Of a stretch of DNA of 64,000 nucleotides, positions 22,822-35,431 are shown piece after piece. Below the pieces are notes generated by a model. The model was not told the DNA's origin, made no database searches, and worked only from the letters and a program-made list of their open reading frames with translations. Source of the DNA: Chrysomallon squamiferum (lineage: Eukaryota; Animalia; Mollusca); contig CM022673.1 of the NCBI GenBank assembly GCA_012295275.1, positions 25,730,001 through 25,794,000 on the forward strand. The letters run 5' to 3'. The position numbers were made by a program, and so were the translations under genes. Within the stretch, counting starts at the first letter, position 1. Every line of letters starts with the position of its first letter.

Positions 22822-25800
22822 AAACTGTACAATGTAATTAACAGAACAAACATTTGCACACAAAAAAAAAAGCTATCTGATAGCTACTTGACTGTTAGCT
22901 TGCAAACTCAACACACTGAACGTACACACCTGATAACAAGTACACATCTATGAGGTTTCCAAACCGACAGAAAGCGTCTCTGAGAACTTTCTCTGGGACT
23001 GATGATGGTTGGCAGACGATGAAGAGTCGCTCGGATGCCTCTGTGTCCTCAGGTTTGAGTGGGTGTGGCAGGGGGAGTGGAATGTTGCAGTAGGGGACTC
23101 TTTCCATGCCTCGTTCAGCGTTCATCACGCTGCTTGGATTAATACCCGCTTTCTCAAGTAACATTGCAGCCTGCAAGAAGAAATTAAAAAAAAAAAAAAG
23201 TTTGAAGATGAGAAAATTATAAAATTACAAAGAAGAAACATCAGTTAACTGAAGATGTTCTGAAGGTGAACTATAAATTTTTTTGTTTAAATTATAAAAA
23301 TTATATAAATCAGAAAACGAAACAATATTTAAAAAACATCTCATACCTTCTGTCTAACATCTGGCTGTCTTGTATCTCTTGGCCTGAAACAAGCAAAACT
23401 TGTTTATTTTATATTTGCCTTAAAGGACTAAAAATAAAATGCACAACAAAAACAAAGCTAAGTAATCTTTTTACTTTCAATATGTCTTTTGGCACCAAAT
23501 CATTACTTTCAGCAAAAAAAAAAAAAAAATAAAAAAAAAAAAAATATTTTCTGTATATTTCTTTGTATGGGAAAATGTCTTCTGTTTGTTGTTATATTCT
23601 ATTGATAACACAATTTATTTACCATTACCATTAAAACAATATCTTTAAAGAATAAAAAATATGGGTTGTCAGAATATGGGTTGTCTAAGATGCATTTAAA
23701 AACAAATTCGTAAGCTATTTTTCACCTGTCGTAACCCATGTTAGCAGACATTTGTAGGTTAGAGGGCTGAGTGCCGTCTGCAAACTGAACAATGAGTCGA
23801 CTGCCAATGGGATACTCAAACCCGTCCAACTTGTCCCTGGCATAGGCAGCACACTGAGGAGTTGTGTAACGAGCGTACGCAATACCTGATCAACAGAAAC
23901 ATTTACAATTTACTATGTGTATAACTACAGACTGCAATGTGACAGTAATTTATCTTTTATTTTTAACCCATCTAACTTGTCCCTGGTGTAGTACACTGTT
24001 TAATGAGCATAGGCAATACCTGTCACAGATCAACAGAAACATTTACAATTTACTACATGTATAACTACAGACTGCAATGTGACAGTAATTTATCTTTTAT
24101 TTTTAACCCATCTAACTTGTCCCTGGTGTTAGTAATGAGGCAGATCACTGATTTACAATTATTACATGTATAACTACAGACTGCAAATGTAATTTATCTT
24201 TTATTTTTAACCCATCTAACTTGTCATGAATTATTGTTTAATGAATCTGTATAAAACTATATGAATTGCAATCTGTATAAAACTATAGATTGCAATGTGA
24301 CAGTTCAATCAATTAATAATATAAACCAAGGACATTAACTTACCTTTTATTTTTAACTACAGAACAGAAACAAGCAAATAAATGCAAATATTTTATTATA
24401 TTATTTCAATTAAAGAGCTGGCACAAAAAATAAAAGTGGCAAGTCTTTAAAATTACACATATATATACAGAATGAGTAAATTTTCATAATACTACTTACA
24501 ATGACAAAATCTGCACTAACATTAGGACATAAAAATAAATTTAAAAAAATTATGATGAAGTAAATTAAACCTGTTGTTTCATTGAGGTCACAATACTCCA
24601 TTCCAGGAACAAGGTTAAAAAGATTTGACAAGTACTTCTGGGACAAACCGATGGCTGCAACAATCTGCAGCCGTAGAGAGTTGTTGTGGGGTAGTCATCT
24701 ATCATGTCAAGAGGCCCCAGTCCTCCCACAGGACCACCCGCAGGCAACGCCCGAGCCACTGAAAAAAAAAAAAAAAAAAATAAATAAAATAAATTAATAA
24801 AAAAAAAAAAAAAAAAAAAAAATGCATCACCAACTTTTTGTTGTATTTTTTTTTTAAATATTCATTACCACTTTTCTGTCAACAATGCAAAATTCAAGTT
24901 TGTATTACAAGAAAGAAAACAAAAATGTAATGCAAAAACAAATCAGCAAAGAAAGAAGGAAAAAAAAAAAAAAAGAAGCTAAATACTGTGGCAAGTTCTA
25001 TTTACATGTGAATCATAATTTGTATAAATTTCTGAAAACAGAAACTGTCTGATATATGTAACAACATATACCTGGGTTATATCCCAACACATCCTTGTCA
25101 AGAAGACTGTAATAAATAATTATTAAGAGATGCGGTTTAACAAATATTTTCTCTTTAATTTTTTTAATAAGCTCAAAACATTTTACCATACCTTGTTGTC
25201 AGGATTTCTTTCGTATTACAACAGTACTCTGACAAACACTTACTGGCTTGATGTGGAACTCCGAAAAAATCCTGAACAGGACTGGCATTCAAAAATCCAC
25301 CTCCTGAAAAATCATCATCAAATCCTCTCTTGTAACCTTTAACAAAAAATTTAAAAATTAAAAGATTTAAATAAAAGTTGGAAAAATAGTTTTCCTTATT
25401 GGTGAAGGTTTTAATGCGTGCCTGCTGAAAAATAATGAGTGTTGAACACAAGTAAAAAAATATAAATAGTGTAAGATTAGAATTCTGGCAAAAACCAGTA
25501 AGAAATGACGTATAGCTGTGAAATTTATTGAAAACACCTTCTAAGATTAAAAATGCTTAGTCCTTCAGTTAATTAATCTGACCAATCTTTATACTTAAAG
25601 TTTTGTTGTGATTTTTTTTTTTCAAATATTTAAAATTAAACTTTATGTACTCTATGTAACAATGCATGAATTACCTCTGTCATCTCTGTCAAACCATGTG
25701 CCCAAAATCATCTTCTCTTCTTTCTTTACCCCTCTGTGGTTCAGCAAACTTAGGTTTGTATGCTATGATAAAAAGTCTAAAACATTCATTCTGTTATAAT

Positions 25801-27708
25801 GAGTGATTGTAAACAGTACAGTCCAAATGTTGATAAAACATTTGTCTGTTAATTTTTTAATTAATAAATTCTATGGCTGTAATGAGAAATTCCTGATCAA
25901 TTAAGAAATATGTTACAAGTTTAAATTTTATCACATCAATACAATGTAATTTTTTTTACGAACTTCTAATTCACTTTTTTAGTTCTTATGTTCATCAAAT
26001 TTTCAAATAAAACACTTCAAATTTTGTTGCTAAGACAATGTTTAGCTGAATTCCCATTCAAATCATGTAGTCACACTTACTGACATAAGAGCTTTTTATT
26101 AATTTAAAAAAATAAAAAAATGTGTTTAATATTTAAAATATTCTTACATCTGTCACATTCTTCAAATGCTTTAGCAGCGTTGACACGTCTGAAGTATTTG
26201 ACATAAGCAAATCCTTTGTTTTCTCCAGAATGTTTGTCCTTCAGAACATTCACGTAATCTATATCTCCAAATTTCTGTGGGAACAAATTATAAAAAAAGG
26301 TGAAAGAAAAATAAATTACATACACACACACATAATTATCACACTTAGTGTTAACAGCGATATTTCTTTGAGTTATCTATAAAATGTGCAATTATAGATA
26401 CATCCATCAAAATCTTTTAATTTTAATTATATATTTGTATGTGTATATCTCTAGGTGTGTGCACACATTTATGAATGTATGTGTGTCTATGTACTAATAC
26501 ATTGAATTAATATACATTAATTGTCACATGGTTATTAAAACAGAATTTAAATTTTAATTATATTAAAAATATAATTATAAAACTGTTAAAATTCAAAAAT
26601 TAATTATTAATATAAAAATTGTAGATTTAATGCTTCAGTTAAATGCAGTGATTATGTCAATGAATGTTAAATTATACCAGAGAAATGTTGACAAACCTTT
26701 TTTTTGTCTACTGTTGTAATCTGAAAGCAAACTAACAAGAAAAGCAAAAGATAACCCTGTTCATCCTTGAAAATAAAAATGCAGTTTTCATAATTTAAAT
26801 AAAAAATAAAACCTGCACCTCAAATTCAGCTCGGACATCCTCCTGAGTAAAGTGTCGGGGTATTATGACAAAAAGTCTTAGCGTTTTCTCCTCTTCCTTA
26901 GGATCTCTCATGGAACCTTCTCGTCTGCTGTTTGCAATCATTATCTAACAGAAACAAATATTAAATTTTAACCTTACATGACAACAGCATATAGTAAATT
27001 TATTAATAATTATAAGACTATTTTTATTAAATGTTTTTTCTCCATTATTTCAGTTTACCTTGTATAAGATTTGTGAAAATATTAAAACCTCTCCACTAAA
27101 AAAACCACTAACAGTTTTGTGGTCAGAATGTAGATGTTACAGATAAATCTTGATTTGATAATATTACTCTCTGGTTATGTAACAGTATACATCACTACAT
27201 GGTATCTGGAATATACATAATCTCTTGAAAAACAGAAAATAATTCAGACTTCTAACAATAACTGAATATTTCTATCTATCAACATTTTAAAAAGTTCATT
27301 TTTACTTTTACCATTAACAATTTTTTTTTTTTAAAAGACTACCTAATGTATGATGTAATAACTACCAACTAAAGATTTAAAATTCATCCGCTATTTTATA
27401 CATCTTTTGGGGCAATTCCTCTTTTTAATATTGAATAAAATTACAGATTTGTATATAATTATAGAAAGGTTCAATATCAAAACTATTATAACATCAGAGA
27501 CATTAAACTACATTTAGACTATTTCATTTAATATTTTATTTCTAAACTGAAAAGTTTATGTTGTTAAATAATAGAAATTTTTTACTTTTAATGGTTTTGC
27601 TTGTCCTTCAATGAAACGACCATTCATTTCTTCCATTGCCTGAGCAGCTTCTGATGTTTTGGAGAATTTAATATAACACACACCTGAAAACCAGAATGAA
27701 ACATTTTG

Positions 27709-27753
<45 letters not shown>

Positions 27754-29860
27754 TTTTGTGCAACTCCTATCAAAATTCTTAAAGATTATTAAACACTTAG
27801 TGACATACTCATATCAGAAATTTCATATTAAATACAGCCAATACTCAAATCTTCCAGCTTTCAAGCTATTGACTAATTATGCTAAAATTAAAAATACATA
27901 AAACACTTTGCTCATTTTTTTTTATCTGTGTGTTTATGTATATGTATGTATGTATGTATGTGTGTGTGTGACAAAAGATGTGTATGTGTATGTGACAAAA
28001 GATGTCTGAATGTATTTTTGCTTACCTTGAAGACAGTTCCTTCACTTGTGTTTCTGTTTTATCATTATTTTTACATAATTTCAAAACCAAAATATCATGA
28101 CTTTGTATGTATACATAATCACCTTTGTCACAGTCTTTTTTTTGACATGTCATCTTTAATAAACAACACAGAATCAACAGACAAATTTACTGTTTCAAAA
28201 TGTTTGTTGTGTGTCCACTTGAGACTTTAAATTATATACAGATTTACAAATTATGCATTTTTCTCATCATCTGCCAAATTCATATACAAATATTTAGGAT
28301 AGCAAACAAGTTATTTTTGGATACCAAAATGAATAGTGTTCTCTGCAAACAATGCAAACAAAAATGATGCAACCACAGCTGATGTCTCACAATGTTTGAT
28401 GTTTCATTAATTTTACTGTGTTATGGAGTATTTATGTGGCATAAGGCAAGGAATATGTGGTATATGATACTTTTAAAGCTATCAAAAACTCTATTTTCAA
28501 ATATAATTCATGCAGTGATTTGATTTTTATGAAACATTAGATCTGTATAATGACAACAAAAGGCAAATTAACATGTTAATTGAAGCTATTAATCAACTGA
28601 TAAAAAAAATAAATGTGAGCAAAATGCTTCAATGTGTAAAGGCCACCACAGATCATGAAAAATTATCTTTTTGTATATTGGTTTAATTTCTATGGATTTT
28701 TTGGCAATTACATAAACAAAGTGTATTTGAGCTAGTTAGTGTGATTAATTAAAATGCATGAGTGTAACTTCCTTAAGAATAGTGTACAGCTTTAGAACTC
28801 ATCAAAGGCTTCATTTTGATATATCAGATTAAAACCATATCAGATTAAAAGATATTCAGTGTTTATGTTGCAAAATAACAAACATGAATCACAATTTCTC
28901 CATAGTTCATGAAGGAAAACTATGTTCCAATATATTAATGCTATGAAAGAGATCTTCATGTTATTTTAATATTCATTTTTTGCTCTTTCTAATGGTATAT
29001 AATGAGCTTACTTGAGATGAAAACAGTTGGATGAAAAAATGAAAGGTATCAGAACATAAAATTTGTAAGTAACACTCATGTTCATTTTATTTTCAAAATA
29101 AAAAAACAGGAAAACAAAGAAAGTTTTAATAATAATAATAATCATCAAAGTATAAATAAATAAATATATAAATAAAATAAAACTGAAACAACTCATCCAT
29201 GCTCCTATTCTTCAAATCTCTATAGATTATTATTATTATTATTATTATAATTGATTATGATATGCCACGTTTAGACTTTAGTATTAAGTATATTTAAGAG
29301 AATTTTTTTTCCAAAAATACGAGTTTGTTAAACAGTGGTGAATTAAATACATACCGTTTTCTTTATATGCCGCTTAGTTAACATTTTGTTGTAAACTATA
29401 TTTTTTCTTTTCTTTGAGACGGTCAGTTTTTCAGTTAATAATTATTTAAATTATCTGAGATTTGCATTTAGTTATTTACGTATTATTACTTTGAAAAATA
29501 TATTTCATTCTTGTATGCAAAACAAAAAACAACAAAAATTGAATAATCAGCAAATCCTTATGTTTATTACGTAATATATAAATTACGTAAAATTCAAAAT
29601 GAACCAAAAAAAAAAATTGACAGATTAACTTGATAACTGAAAGTAAATTCATAACAAAGGGAGATAATGTATACACACAATTAACATTAATAAGGTTACA
29701 CCGTTTTACCTTTTTCTTCATTTGTTCTTCTGTCTTTCACGATCCAAACATCTTCCACCGTTCCATATTTACTAAAACTATCACGCATTGCTTGTTCTGT
29801 TATGCCTTTTCCACAAAGAATAAAAAGACGACTATTTGGAGGGTCATCACCTGACGCCAT
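22297..29860 (-). CDS. RBM45: RNA-binding protein 45 (four RRMs), ~472 aa; at least one apparent 1-nt frameshift
   Basis: Minus-strand exons: 29860-29710 ([18 protein letters not shown]), 27683-27586, 26944-26819, 26274-26148, 25762-25730 (or to 25675), 25336-25244, 24758-24571, 23885-23726, 23383-23347, 23170-22930, 22460-22297. Diagnostic peptides [69 protein letters not shown] and C-terminal PPKKARY* match RBM45 as I recall it. Confidence 0.93.
22930..23170 (-). CDS. RBM45: RBM45 exon (linker and start of RRM4)
   Basis: Within ORF 22895..23176; ttgcag acceptor, G|gtgtgt donor. Confidence 0.92.
23347..23383 (-). CDS. RBM45: RBM45 37-nt exon (RPRDTRQPDVRQK)
   Basis: tttcag acceptor, AAG|gtatga donor; needed to convert phase 2 to phase 0. 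Confidence 0.85.
23726..23885 (-). CDS. RBM45: RBM45 exon (second half of RRM3)
   Basis: [35 protein letters not shown]; cag acceptor, AG|gtgaaa donor. Confidence 0.92.
23820..24225. repeat. Degenerate ~115-145 bp tandem triplication spanning an RBM45 intron/exon boundary
   Basis: atttacaatt-ta-c-atgtataactacagactgcaatgt...tttatcttttatttttaacccatctaacttgtc recurs three times; the copies contain decayed exon sequence. Confidence 0.85.
24571..24758 (-). CDS. RBM45: RBM45 exon (linker and first half of RRM3), one nucleotide short of an open frame
   Basis: ORFs 24565..24759 and 24410..24646 each cover half of the exon; 188 nt where 189 is required. Confidence 0.88.
25244..25336 (-). CDS. RBM45: RBM45 linker exon (GYKRGFDDDFSGGGFLNASPVQDFFGVPHQA)
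   Basis: Within ORF 25173..25451; A|gtaagt donor; only the phase-1 frame is open. Confidence 0.82.
25675..25762 (-). CDS. RBM45: RBM45 exon ending RRM2 (SYKPKFAEPQRG...); donor ambiguous (25730 in frame, 25675 out of frame)
   Basis: tag acceptor; YKPKFAEP corresponds to the last RRM2 strand. Confidence 0.78.
26148..26274 (-). CDS. RBM45: RBM45 exon (RRM2 core, KGFAYVKY RNP1)
   Basis: Within ORF 26104..26331; cacag acceptor, T|gtaaga donor. Confidence 0.93.
26819..26944 (-). CDS. RBM45: RBM45 exon (IMIANSRREGS...RLFVIIPRHFTQEDVRAEFE)
   Basis: tgttag acceptor; GAG|gtgcag donor, with a second in-frame donor 6 nt further on. Confidence 0.9.
27586..27683 (-). CDS. RBM45: RBM45 exon 2 (RRM1: [22 protein letters not shown])
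   Basis: ttttcag acceptor, AAA|gtaaaa donor, phase 1-0. Confidence 0.92.
29710..29860 (-). CDS. RBM45: RBM45 first coding exon
   Basis: aaaATGGCG start context; [50 protein letters not shown]; G|gtaaaa donor. Confidence 0.92.
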
Positions 29861-30070
29861 TTTTGTGATTTGTTTGTTTATTCCTCCTTAAAGAAGGAAC
29901 AAGAAACTAACATTCAAACGAAAAAAAATTGTATCTATTATAATATTAATGAAATTATTATCAAAATATTAAAACAAACAAAAAAGTCTAACTACACAAA
30001 ATATTTTTGATCGCTATGTTCAACAATTTACACATAGTTAATTTCAATAGTCAATGTAAATGTGACGTCA
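29855..30070 (-). promoter_or_regulatory. Probable RBM45 proximal promoter: YY1-like motif over the ATG and a palindromic CRE
   Basis: CGCCATTTT at 29855-29863; TGACGTCA at 30063-30070. Confidence 0.4.
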
Positions 30071-30228
30071 ATATAATTCATATCAACACAATTTTTTGTC
30101 GTTGAAAATAAATTTTGAATATATACTTATAAATATATTAACACAATAATTATTATCTGAAATACATTTTAAACCAAAGTTACTTCATTAATATCTGAAG
30201 AAGCATAAATAATACTGTCATCTTTCTT

Positions 30229-30263
<35 letters not shown>

Positions 30264-30428
30264 CACCATGCTAGTTTGTTTCATAGAGATATAAATATGA
30301 TATATCCATCCATATTAACCCTCTAGGACTTCATATATATCGCTAGCACTTCAGTCTACATTTACTGCTATATTTAGTTGTTTTTGTTTTTTACTGGACA
30401 AATAAATGTTCAGGGTATTCTTTACAGA

Positions 30429-30433
<5 letters not shown>

Positions 30434-30524
<91 letters not shown>
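30434..30524. repeat. (TG)n microsatellite, ~45 units
   Basis: Direct reading. Confidence 0.97.
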
Positions 30525-30526
<2 letters not shown>

Positions 30527-31954
30527 GCCTATATACATATATGTTTTTAAATAGCGCGCAGGTAACCGTCGCCTAGACTTTTAACTTAGGCAGCCTATAT
30601 TAAGGCATATTAAATATACTGACTTTAAAAAATAAAATAAAATAAAAAGCTGATTTATAAATGATTATTTTAAAATTGTAATGTTAATCAGTTTGATGGT
30701 CGTAATCGTGTGAAGTCGTTACATTGTTAAATAAGTACCCGTCTTTAGCGGGCCCCGAGATAATCGGCCACCTGCGCTTTACGGACACTTTTCCGCGCCC
30801 GATTCTTTTTTTAATGGATACCTCCCCCTTAGATCAGCAGACGTCTATTGAATGTCGATACGGACAGCATTTTAAAATTATTATTCCACTGCTAAAGCGG
30901 ACAGTCATACAGATTTGGATTTGTTTTCTCCAAAATAAATAAAATTTATTGTTGTTCAGCAGCTTTATATAATAGGCTAGGATTTTTGTTTTTTTTTTTT
31001 TTTTTTGAATTATAAGAACACGCGAACTTCAATCGCTAAAACATGCGAGTTCATCCCATTTGGTACATAATTTTCATAATTCAATCATTCAACATCATTT
31101 TTGTATTTTATAAACATTGCGTCTTAATGGACTTTTTTTTTTTTTTTTTTTTTTTTTTGGGGGGGGTTGCGGCTGGCACAAACCTGAGCTCTGTTTTGGT
31201 TTCAAACGCAATATTTGCTTATTATTAGTTTTATGAAGTGCAAAATATGTTTCATTTTCATCCATGAATGAACTCGATATGTTTGCAGCTGTGCTTTAGG
31301 AGAAAGCCGTGATGCTTTCTAAGGCAATGCCCGGCAACGATGATTTGCTTAAGTTGTGGGAACTGGTGTCAGGCTCGTGTTAAAGGCTGTAAATAGTAAA
31401 CTTTGTTCCTCTGATGACGGAACATCTGCGATGCACTTTTGTTCGGTCCAACAGGTGTGCCTGCAATACAGGTGCAACTGTAATTGCTTCAGTTAAACAT
31501 GGCCGCCCATAAACAATTTAAATGATGAATATTATCATTAATTGGGAAATGATGGTAATGATGATGATGGTAATTTTAAAATATTCAATTTCATTCATTA
31601 TCTAATTATGACTGTAACAAGGCATTTCTGCAATAAATTTGAATCAACTTTCAACCGTAATGACTTATTCCTCAACCCAGTATATATATACACACACACA
31701 CACGTGCACGTTTGTGTAAATATGAGGTTTATGCCAGGTTTGTGCTCTTTTTAGCTGCATCGATCGGCAGGTAATTGCTTTCACAAATATGACCAATACG
31801 AGAATTTATAATCTTACTAACATTCCGAAATCGTGAACTGCACATACACTGGCAGCTGTAAGGTCCACATGTTTACCATCTTTCATGACATGATTAAAAA
31901 CAGAACTAGCTATAAAAGTAACAAAGTTATTTTAAGATAAATTTAGGATATCTA

Positions 31955-32352
31955 TTACACACGTATATACATACATATATAAACACACATGTATACACAA
32001 AAAGGTACATAATTTATGTATACCAAGCATTCGTACGAACTCATACATACATATATGTATATTTACATAAATAAGTACCTATATATACACACGTACATAC
32101 ACACACACACACACACACACACATACATACATACACATATACATACATACACACATACATACATACATACACACACATACATACATACATACAAGCATTC
32201 GTACGAACTCAAACATACATACATATTTCCATACAAAGTGCATATACAAACACACGTACATACATACACACACACATACATACACATACATACATACATA
32301 CATACGTACATATATGCACAGACAGATATTCAGATATACATTCATATACACA
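31955..32352. repeat. Compound (CA)n/(CATA)n microsatellite with a duplicated caagcattcgtacgaactca motif
   Basis: Direct reading; explains the spurious ORFs at 32016-32387. Confidence 0.9.
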
Positions 32353-32845
32353 TTAATGGTCATTCAGGGAAGAAAAGCGTACTCTAGTGTGAAATATTAA
32401 TAGTACAAACTAGAAGCTAAATATTAGTAATTGTTTTATTCCATCGAGTTATATCTTTCAAAGAAATATACTGATGTGTTATCAAACAGAAATAAAACTT
32501 GAAAGTAAACGACCCATATTTGGGCAAAGGATCGTTGGGGGTTTTCGAAAATAGAAGTATTTCGTGAGACCTCATTTGGCAGAATAATAGAAGACGGGAG
32601 AACGTAAGGACGCCTTATCCATACGACATTCAGCAGTTTATCCCAACTCAAACTCAGTACAAAGAATCAGTTTGCTAGATCGAAAACGCTGCCGTCGAAG
32701 AGGCGAATATCGTTAAAAACTGTTACTCAGCAAATTTCTCATCATAATTTTTATGATTTCATGTTAGTGTGTAGAGTTTATTTTATCGCATGACATAAAT
32801 ATTTATTTAAACATAGGCCATGTACCTGTAAACGAAGACATCCAT

Positions 32846-32881
<36 letters not shown>

Positions 32882-34317
32882 AGAAAAAAACAGTTTTGGC
32901 AAAGTGGTCCTTCGTTCCGAATTATCTGTTATGTACAAATAATAATGCTGAATATTATCAGTTTTCGTCAACGGAGTCATTATTATCTGAAGTGGAAAAC
33001 AAAAAATTCTACCGAGAGTTATTTCCCATTAAACATTTATTTAAAAGTACCGGAAATGTATTTGATTTTAGTTTTTAAAGAAACAGTCTAATTTTCAGTT
33101 TGCTTGGATCTCAAAACCGCATTCAGAGATGTAAATAAACAGTTCTACAGATTACACAGAATATATCTCAGTTACACTCTGGAAAACATTATAGTTATCT
33201 AGAACAAAAAAAAAGTAATCACGTAGAAGATCTAAGATTTTCTAATTTTAATTGCCCATTGTGGAAGAAGATGTACATGAACGTTCCAAGCAAAAAAGAA
33301 ACAGAAAAAAAAAAAAAAAAAAATAATAATAAGAAGAAGAAGAAGAAAAAATACCCGAAACAAAGTGCATATATTAAGTATATGTTCATATATTTAAAAT
33401 AAAATCATAACACTTTTATCTAGTATTCTATACACACCCTTTCAGATAATTTAATAATTTCTGTACATGTTTGTTTTGCAAAGCCCGAAACTCCATTATG
33501 GACGAAGCTTTTTTTCTTTTTTTTTTTTTAATTTTTTTTTTTTTTTTTATTAAGGTTTCTAGCCAAAGACGCTTTATTAAAAGAAAAAGAAAAATTGAAA
33601 AAAAAAAAAAAAAAATGAAGTGTCTTGCCATTCGACTTTACATGGCACGTGCCATTTTTTAATTTATTTATTTACTTTTTTTTTTTTTTTTCCCTTTATC
33701 TTTAAAATTTCTACTGAAATTACTCTGTGTCAAAATATATTGAATATTCAAGATTCCTGAGCAGTTTAAACTAAACGCCGTCAAAATGTTGTTATGGTAG
33801 TTTAAAAATTGCTTCTTTTATGTTTTTATCGGTATATCGTTTATGATTTTATTTTATTTTATAATTATTTATTTATTTATTTACTATAATTATTATTATT
33901 ATTATTATTTGTTTATTTATTTATTTTATTTTATTTATTTATTTATTTATTTAATTTAAAAAAAAGATATATATAAATTGTATATACAGATTGTGACGAA
34001 TATACATATCTTGAAATATTTATTAAATTCATCATGTATTAGGATTATGAGCATCACTTCTAATTTACTGTTCACACTTTATTTTTGATTTAAGATAATT
34101 TATTTCTTAAATATTTTTTATCGTAAGTTTATTGATGTAAGATCTATATATCTGTTCGCTGTTCCACATTCTGAACAGAAATGGTAACCATAGTAACAAT
34201 AATTCGTTTTATGTTGTTATCAAAGTGCTAAGCATTTTAACTGCGTAAATCTTCTCGGATACATCATCACTTTCAAGTGCAACATGTTTACTTTCTTGAC
34301 GAGTAGGCAATTAATTT

Positions 34318-34452
<135 letters not shown>

Positions 34453-35431
34453 AACTTATTAATAATATTGGTAATCTTATTAGCGGATTGTTGACGATCT
34501 TCAAGATGAAATAAATTTTTCTATAAGTAAAAATAAATAACGATACGTTTCCCTACTTCCTGGTGTGCGTTACAAAAAAATTATTGAAGTATGATTGCAA
34601 AATAATATAAAACCATATTATTAAAGATGTTTAAAAACATGTTTCTCACTTTAAATAGCTGCCTGCAACAGTTTTATAAAGTGTCATCAAATTGTATTCA
34701 TTTCAGAATAATTATCGTAATGCGTCCCATATTTTGGAAGGAAAGTACGTGCTGAAAAGAAAGTCTTTTCAATTACGAGAGGAACATTAGCGCTGTAAAG
34801 ACATGTAAATTTACCGGTTACAACTTCCTAAGCACTTAGAAATGAATTCTTTCTAATTTAGGAGTGCCAGAAACTGTACGTTTAACAGTTGTGACAACTC
34901 GCGCGCTTTCAGTCGTTATTTTCTACTTGATAGATAACACCTACTTGACCTTAATGGTGCCTCACTTAGCCGTTATGATGTAAAATGCTACTTAGTTTTA
35001 ACGTTCTTCTTTATTTGTTGGCATTGTTCTTCACTTGTTGTGATATTTATGAAAACACAGTTATAATAAAATAAAAACTTACGCAAAATTTACACCAAAC
35101 AAAGCTGAAATAAAATAAATCGTACGAAATACTCTGAGTTATCTTTTCTTGGATATACGACATTTGTTACTCGATGAATGTCGGTGATTATTATACTGGA
35201 TTAGAAAATACATGCTTATATTATTTCATTAAGTTACTCATTAAATGCAAAATTAAAATTAAAATGTTCTTATAAAAACAAATTGTAAAAAGCTATAAAA
35301 ATAAATACAAATAATAAATAATTCAAACAAACATTAACAAGAAAACAAAACACGCATGCAAAACCCCACTAAAAACAATAACGATATAATGTTATTCTTA
35401 TATTAGCAATATTGGAATTCCAGCATCGGTT

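Noticed and set aside
26813-26819. Tandem in-frame donors in RBM45 adding Val-Gln
   Set aside because: Both donors are weak and the choice cannot be resolved without reads; small effect
22297-29860. RBM45 as a pseudogene
   Set aside because: All four RRMs, splice sites and the terminal basic motif are intact; the lesions are single-base events in short homopolymers or are bypassed by alternative splice sites
30740-30925. GC-rich block (cggccacctg...cggacactttt) as a DNA-transposon MITE, and ORF 30724..30942
   Set aside because: Reminiscent of non-autonomous DNA transposon internals, but no terminal inverted repeats or target-site duplication could be identified; the ORF has no recognisable homology
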